Source: Nemertoderma westbladi (Eukaryota > Animalia > Xenacoelomorpha). Taken from it: DNA of 64,000 nucleotides. The notes beneath the pieces were generated by a model. The model was not told the origin of the DNA and made no database searches. It saw nothing but the letters and a program-made list of their open reading frames with translations. Position numbers and translations under genes: made by a program. The DNA lies in contig JAUCBJ010000118.1 of assembly GCA_032718475.1 (NCBI GenBank), forward strand, positions 709 through 64,708, given 5' to 3'. Of this stretch, positions 58,382 to 64,000 are shown piece after piece; the first letter of the stretch is position 1; every line of letters starts with the position of its first letter.

Positions 58382-59481
58382 ACTACACCTCCCTTCAGTT
58401 AATGATTCGCTGGTTCCCAATATCGAAGCGGTGTTTCCGATCAGGATAGCTATCAGGATACGCTGTAGTAAGAAGCGATGAGAACTGGGCTCATGTGTGT
58501 TGGCGTGGAGCCTCATCCCGACTTCTTTGAGGAAAGCGGCTGTTCTCGGACCGGGGCAGCCAAATGTCTCAAAGGCAACTGATTCGAAGTGATAGCCCCG
58601 ATCAATGAACTCCTGATACTTCCTAATCTTTACGTTCTCCTGATCCTCGGCTATGCGACCACCAATGGTTTGGCTTATTCTGAGATGGCTGGGGGCTAGC
58701 GGGTCGACTACTGTGGCATCCCAGGTAAGTGTTCTTCCCTGGCTCCAAGGAACTAATGTTACACCATCTACCTGCTTCCCATTGCTCAAACAGAGACCTG
58801 GCGGTTCACGCAGGGATGGCACGCCGCAGCTGTTTAGTGATCGCTTTACGATATCGTTCAACATGCTGTGGCGTGCTTGTCGACCTGCGCTCTTACTGCA
58901 CGAGAGACCATGGAGACCGTCAGATTTAACGGGTTGCTATTGAAATACGGAGCTGGGCATCTGTTAGTTTCAGGCCTAATGATGATACTGGGATCGCGTT
59001 GATCCAACAGCCAGGGATTGGGTCGTCTAAAGCGTTTAGCCGGGCCAGATCATTACCGACAGCGGATTCGTGGAGGCAACCACGGTTGAACTCATGGATT
59101 GGAGCCATCCATGAACTCTGTTTGGAATCGGTTGGTGCGATGACGTCAGTGGTGGTGTAGGACTGCCACAGTTCTAGTGCACTGCGAGAGGTGATGTTAT
59201 TTGCGATGGGTTGGGGGTGAAGGGCTCCCGGGATATCTCGTACCGAGTAAACTTCTGGAGTGGAAAGGAGATTCGTGAGAGATCCCGCACTTCCGTCCTT
59301 CCTCGATAACTGTCTGGAGATCCTGTAGCACGATCTCATATTTGTCTGCGAAGTTTCCATCATCGAGATACCAGACGTTAAATTTAGATTTCAGCGAGTG
59401 GTTGAGATCGTTCGTGACATCTCCAAACAATGCAGGACCTTCGGGGTCTCCCTGTTGCGGACCTTCTTCGGAGAGGATTAC
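58382..59481 (-). mobile_element. CRE-like non-LTR retrotransposon fragment (RT C-terminal part and restriction-like endonuclease), frameshifted
   Basis: [97 protein letters not shown] and GNTASILGT, the PD-(D/E)xK RLE pattern of early-branching LINEs. Confidence 0.85.
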
Positions 59482-60039
59482 TAAAAAGTACTAAAATTAC
59501 TAAAAGTATTTTTAACATGAAAGCGAATTCCATCTGAGCGTTAATGTAATGTAATGGCTGACCGGTGTTTGAGTACTGTAGGGTTTACTGCATCCTGATA
59601 ACTCCTTTAAATTTAATAATAGTGTTTATAGTTGTTTTATAGTGACTCTAGTATTTTTAAGGCCCTTAAAATAGTCATTAAAATACTAAGCCTATGTAGA
59701 AATCCACAAACTAAACCAACCAGTTAATGTTTGCTTTGCCAGAGAGTGGTGGGTCCTAAACAAACCGTATGGGTGGGTGTACTAAGTACAATAATCGTGG
59801 CCACCTCATCGCTTTATACTAAGCCTTGTGTATAAATCCATTACATAAGCCACTTTTCATCAGCACACCAGCTGTTATTGGTGTTATTTTACCATTGCAT
59901 CTATGGCGTTTTTTAGTTTATGTCTATTTTTCGAGACCAGAGGCCTCGAGACTAGCCAGCCAGCCAGCCAGTCATACAAGCACCCCATGATACAAAAAGT
60001 TGCTGATGACGATACTAATAAGCTATCAACCTAACCATA

Positions 60040-60620
60040 ATTGGTGGAATACCAATCTGAATTAACCTATTGAATAATATTAAATGGTTTACCCTGTCAA
60101 GCGCTTTGCTTGCATCAAGCATACAGCAATAAACTGGTGTGTCGTTCTATAAATAAAAGTTTACAATTTCTTTAAAAGCATAAATACAAAACTCTATACC
60201 AGAGTTACTCTTAAACACAAATTGGTTATCACTTGTGATTAAATATATCTTAATACGACAGATAATAATTAATTCCAATATCTTAGATATAATAGTAGGC
60301 CTATACTGATCCCAATTCCTCTATAATTGCCTTTGTTAGTAACATCGCCCGTTTTATCCTTAATTAATGGAATATTCTTAGCTTCAATAATACGTCAGTT
60401 ACGAACCCGTGACTAATACATAATTTAAATAATTGCGTTAAAAATGTACATAATAGATCAGTACAACAGTATTTAAAATGTTCAGCAGATACACCATCTG
60501 TGTAAAAATGTACATAATAGATCAGTATAACAGTACTTAAAATGTTCAGCAGATACACCATCTGTACTGACTGCTTTACCAACTTTTAAGTTCGATATTG
60601 CCTCTTTATTTCATTACTAG
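60040..60620 (-). mobile_element. Decayed LINE RT fragment (different family) containing a 64-bp tandem duplication
   Basis: DGVSAEHFKY..LFKLCISHG, NYRGI, PVYCCMLDASKALDRVNH; duplication at ~60440-60565. Confidence 0.75.
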
Positions 60621-61268
60621 ATATCTACTGTACTGTAGTTAAACTGTTCCAAATTAATGGAATTAAAAATTTTGTCAATGTGTGGTGTATTTGTATCGGT
60701 ATTTCTGCAATTAAATAAGTTGCAGAAATGGTCCTTCCAGAAATTTACTATATCCGCTCCTCCCCAACGGCCTTCCCAACCTTATTCGGGAGAGAGGTAG
60801 AACATTTTTGTTCTCCTTTTTACTAGAGACCAAACCTTTTAACAATGATTCCGCTAGACCGTCATCACGAAGTTTTAATACATATAATTAAACAAAAACC
60901 AACTAATTAATTGTATATCTTGATTCTTTCGTTTTATTTAGATTAAGTTTAAGTGCCTTGGCCACCTCGACTATTACAATGGCAATGATGACAATACAAC
61001 CCCAACCTCTAATGTTACCAGTACCACTAGCCCTGACATTAATGAGGATTGACTTACCTACTTTTGAAGAAGGAGGGAGTGGGAGATGCAAACTGGAAGA
61101 CAATTCGATTCATCTATTTTATTATAAATTAGCTAGTCATCGGATATTATTATTATTATTGGTTATTTGGCATTAATGTTTATGGTATACTAATGTTTAT
61201 AATTATCTACTACCAAAGGCATTGCTATGCCTACTGTACTGTCAGAACTGATTCAAAATATTTTAATA

Positions 61269-61340
61269 GCCCCGGTCCACTGGTTAATCCCATGGCCCTG
61301 GTCCACTGGTTAATCCCATGGCCCTGGTCCACTGGTTATT
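61269..61340. repeat. Short tandem repeat (~26-27 bp, about 3 copies)
   Basis: gccc(c/t)ggtccactggttaatcccatg units. Confidence 0.8.
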
Positions 61341-61689
61341 CCTATGTTTATTGTTCCACTGTGGGTCATCAGATTAGCCATCTATTAAACGAGTAATGCC
61401 GTCCCGAAATGACCAAGTTTGGCTTAGTAGAAGTGGAATATTACAGGTTAACAGTATAATAATATAGTTTCAAGATTTACAGAACCTTATAAGCGAAATA
61501 TCCTCAATATTAAAGATACAGTATTATAAGTAGTACCGGCGGTACCCGTATGTTGTGTTACCAGTATGGTTATATGGGCAGGCCTAATAAGGGTTGAAGT
61601 CCAGCCAACTATAATCCCAACCAAAATAATAAACCAAATATAATATCCAAGTACTAAATACACCACAACCTGTATTATAGTGTAATTTT

Positions 61690-62452
61690 CTGATGACACG
61701 GACCCCCCCCCCCCCCCTGATTTTTCTACAAATCTTTATCAAATTGCTTAAAATTTGAAACACAACTAGTTCAACTCACCGTCGATGTCCACATGAAGCA
61801 GAATTTTCGATTTTGCCTATAAATTTTTTTATGAGCGTTTTAAAAAGTGTATTTTGCGAAATCGCACTCCCCCCGTCTCGTGGCCATTGTTCACAGTAGT
61901 CGTAATTTTTCATATCATTATAAAGCTTGCGTTGCAAGGATTCAATATATGTAACAATATCTGAATTTCGTTCGGAAATAGCATGTGTTACAGTATTTTT
62001 TTTTTATGAGTTGGTAGGGAACAGCGGTATTCCTCTCCAATATCTATATTCTGTAGCTATTCATACATAAACAAATACAGTAGTTCCAGAACATTGGGAT
62101 TATTAAATATAATAAATAGCCTTCGGCGAACAATTTTTCTTGCAATTTTTGAACGCATCACATCTACTGTATTTCTTAACGAAATTCAGATATTGTTACA
62201 TATTTGGAATCCTTGCTTGCAACGCAAGCTTTCTAATGATATCTACAAACCGATTGGCCGAGAAGAATGGCGACGATAGCAGATGTGCAATTTTGCAAAA
62301 GACACTCTTTCAAAAAGCTTATAAAAAAATTTACAGGCAAAATCGAAAATTCCGGCTTCATGTGGACATCAACGGTGAATGGGGTAGTTTTGTTTCAAAT
62401 TTCAAGCAATATGATAATGATTTGTAGTAAAAGTGGGGGTCCGTGTCATCAG
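61690..62452. mobile_element. MITE with long (~300 bp) imperfect inverted arms
   Basis: ctgatgacacggacccc / ggggtccgtgtcatcag, tcaccgtcgatgtccacatgaagc / gcttcatgtggacatcaacggtga, and aagcttgcgttgcaagga / tccttgc(ttgc)aacgcaagctt. Confidence 0.8.
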
Positions 62453-62799
62453 GAAATGACCCTATATTACGGGTCATGGTTTATATTTAGCCATCCCTCT
62501 ATTAACCACCTCTGCTGACTATATTTTTCGTTTTTTTTTTTGGAATGTAATCTAGATATTATTAGAACCGCCTTCATGCAGATTCCGAATCTGAAAACCG
62601 TTTTAAATTTCAACAAAAATTGCCGGTCATATTAGAAACTTTTTAGATCTTGGCAAAAAAATTACAATTTTGATGGTAGTGTATTGCAGTGATTATACAA
62701 GAAACAGATCAGCAGGCGAGTTAAACTGTTTGATATTCGTTCAATTTGTTGGGTATATACTCAGACCTTTCGTATGGTACTGTACTTTACGTTCAAAGA

Positions 62800-63650
62800 T
62801 TGCATATAATAGTGATATATGCAATCCAACCTTCTTGGCTGTGTGAATCCCAGATCTTCACCCTTTGTGACCGTGCTTATTGCGTAATCCAGTACAGTTA
62901 AGAATTTTAATGGCGACAATGTGTCACCAGGATTGAGAAAAACTCAGTGTCACCATCTGGTGAGAGTACCTGTGCTTCTGTGTCACAATATAACAATCCA
63001 AATGCCAGCGACAATTACTTCTGGTATTCAATAATACCAAACTTTTTGACTTTTTGATTTTTTGGGGAGATTCTTTGACTTAATTCCTTCAATCAGTCTC
63101 CGTAGTGCAAGTATCTGAGGTATTGTTGATCTACTGTATTTGGTCGAAATCCGTTTTGGCTCTTACGCAGTAGTTTCTCTATGTGAGGCCTAATCCTATA
63201 TAGAATCATTTTATTGTATATTTTGGCAGCTACCACAAGCAGACAGATCCCACGATACTTTGTTGGTATGCCGAGGTCTCCTTTCTTGGGGAGAGGCTTT
63301 AGTTGACCTTTAGTCCAAATTGGTGGTGGCTTTTCCCCTTTCAGCATCCGGTTGCTAACATCCAATAATGGTCTGAACGTTTAGCACTCCTATTTTCAAA
63401 ACCTCTGCAGGGATTTCATCTAATCCACTCGCTTTATGATTCAGGACATGCTTTTAATGCTTCTTTGGTGTGAAGCCCCCTGTTTCTGAGCTCGATTTTT
63501 AGTGGTTGCACGAGCAAGTTGACGAAATGATCTTTCCATTTCCCAACACGTTATTCAGGACTATCAGCTTTTGGGCGCCCCTTTGAACAACTTTTCAGTC
63601 CAGAAACCTCATTTACAGTTTGCCAGGTAAAAGCCTAAGTCTTGATTGTT
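62800..63650 (-). mobile_element. Decayed RTE-like LINE RT fragment (older subfamily)
   Basis: WTKGQLKPLPKKGDLGIPTKYRGICLLVVAAKIYNKMIL.RIRPHIEKLLRKSQNGFRP; downstream GDTLSP..FL.VLDY remnants. Confidence 0.85.
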
Positions 63651-64000
63651 GTTGCATGTGTGAGCAGTTGTAATTTCTTCAATTTTGTCCTGTACTGTAT
63701 GTACTACACTGTAGTACTTCTCCTGGCTGATGTTGTATGCCAATTTATGATCTTCCTTAGCTCTCTCAACCTTGTGGATGTTTTCGGTTGTTGTATTGTG
63801 TATTTTAAAAGTTTGCGCGTATTTGCCGTAATTACGTGTAAAAATAGATTTCCATTGTCTGTTGTTCTTTATTATTATTTTTTCTATTTCTTATTTTTAT
63901 TTTTGTCTATCACCTTCACTTTATTTATCTACCTTCGTACAATTTATATGATGTTACTTTCTTTACAATTTATTTTCATTTCAACATTATTGTAATGTAC

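Noticed and set aside
63642-63995. 117-aa hydrophobic ORF
   Set aside because: T-rich low-complexity sequence with a non-ATG start; no support as a membrane protein.

Overview
AT-rich animal (probably invertebrate) genomic DNA dominated by nested mobile elements. The main feature is an ~18 kb endogenous Polinton/Maverick (adintovirus-like) element at ~4206-22309. Its + strand carries a RING protein, packaging ATPase, an adenovirus pX-like core protein, integrase, two tandem minor-capsid (penton) paralogs, a cleavable basic/amphipathic core protein, major capsid protein, adenain protease and a DEDD-like nuclease. Its - strand carries a PC4-like protein, an intact 1354-aa protein-primed PolB and, overlapping the PolB stop, a TATA-binding-protein-like ORF. 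An LTR retrotransposon (5' LTR 3114-4205, gag-like ORF running off the window start) is inserted into its left TIR. The remainder holds two intronless host genes (a GPI-anchored Cys-rich Ly6-like protein and an SLC26 transporter with an altered anion-binding site), a complete P-superfamily THAP transposon with 7-bp TSD, four copies of one RTE-like LINE, BEL/Pao remnants, several MITE/foldback elements, and a CRE-like RLE retrotransposon fragment fused in frame to the C-terminal part of histone H3. All protein calls come from motif recognition by eye; no searches were run.
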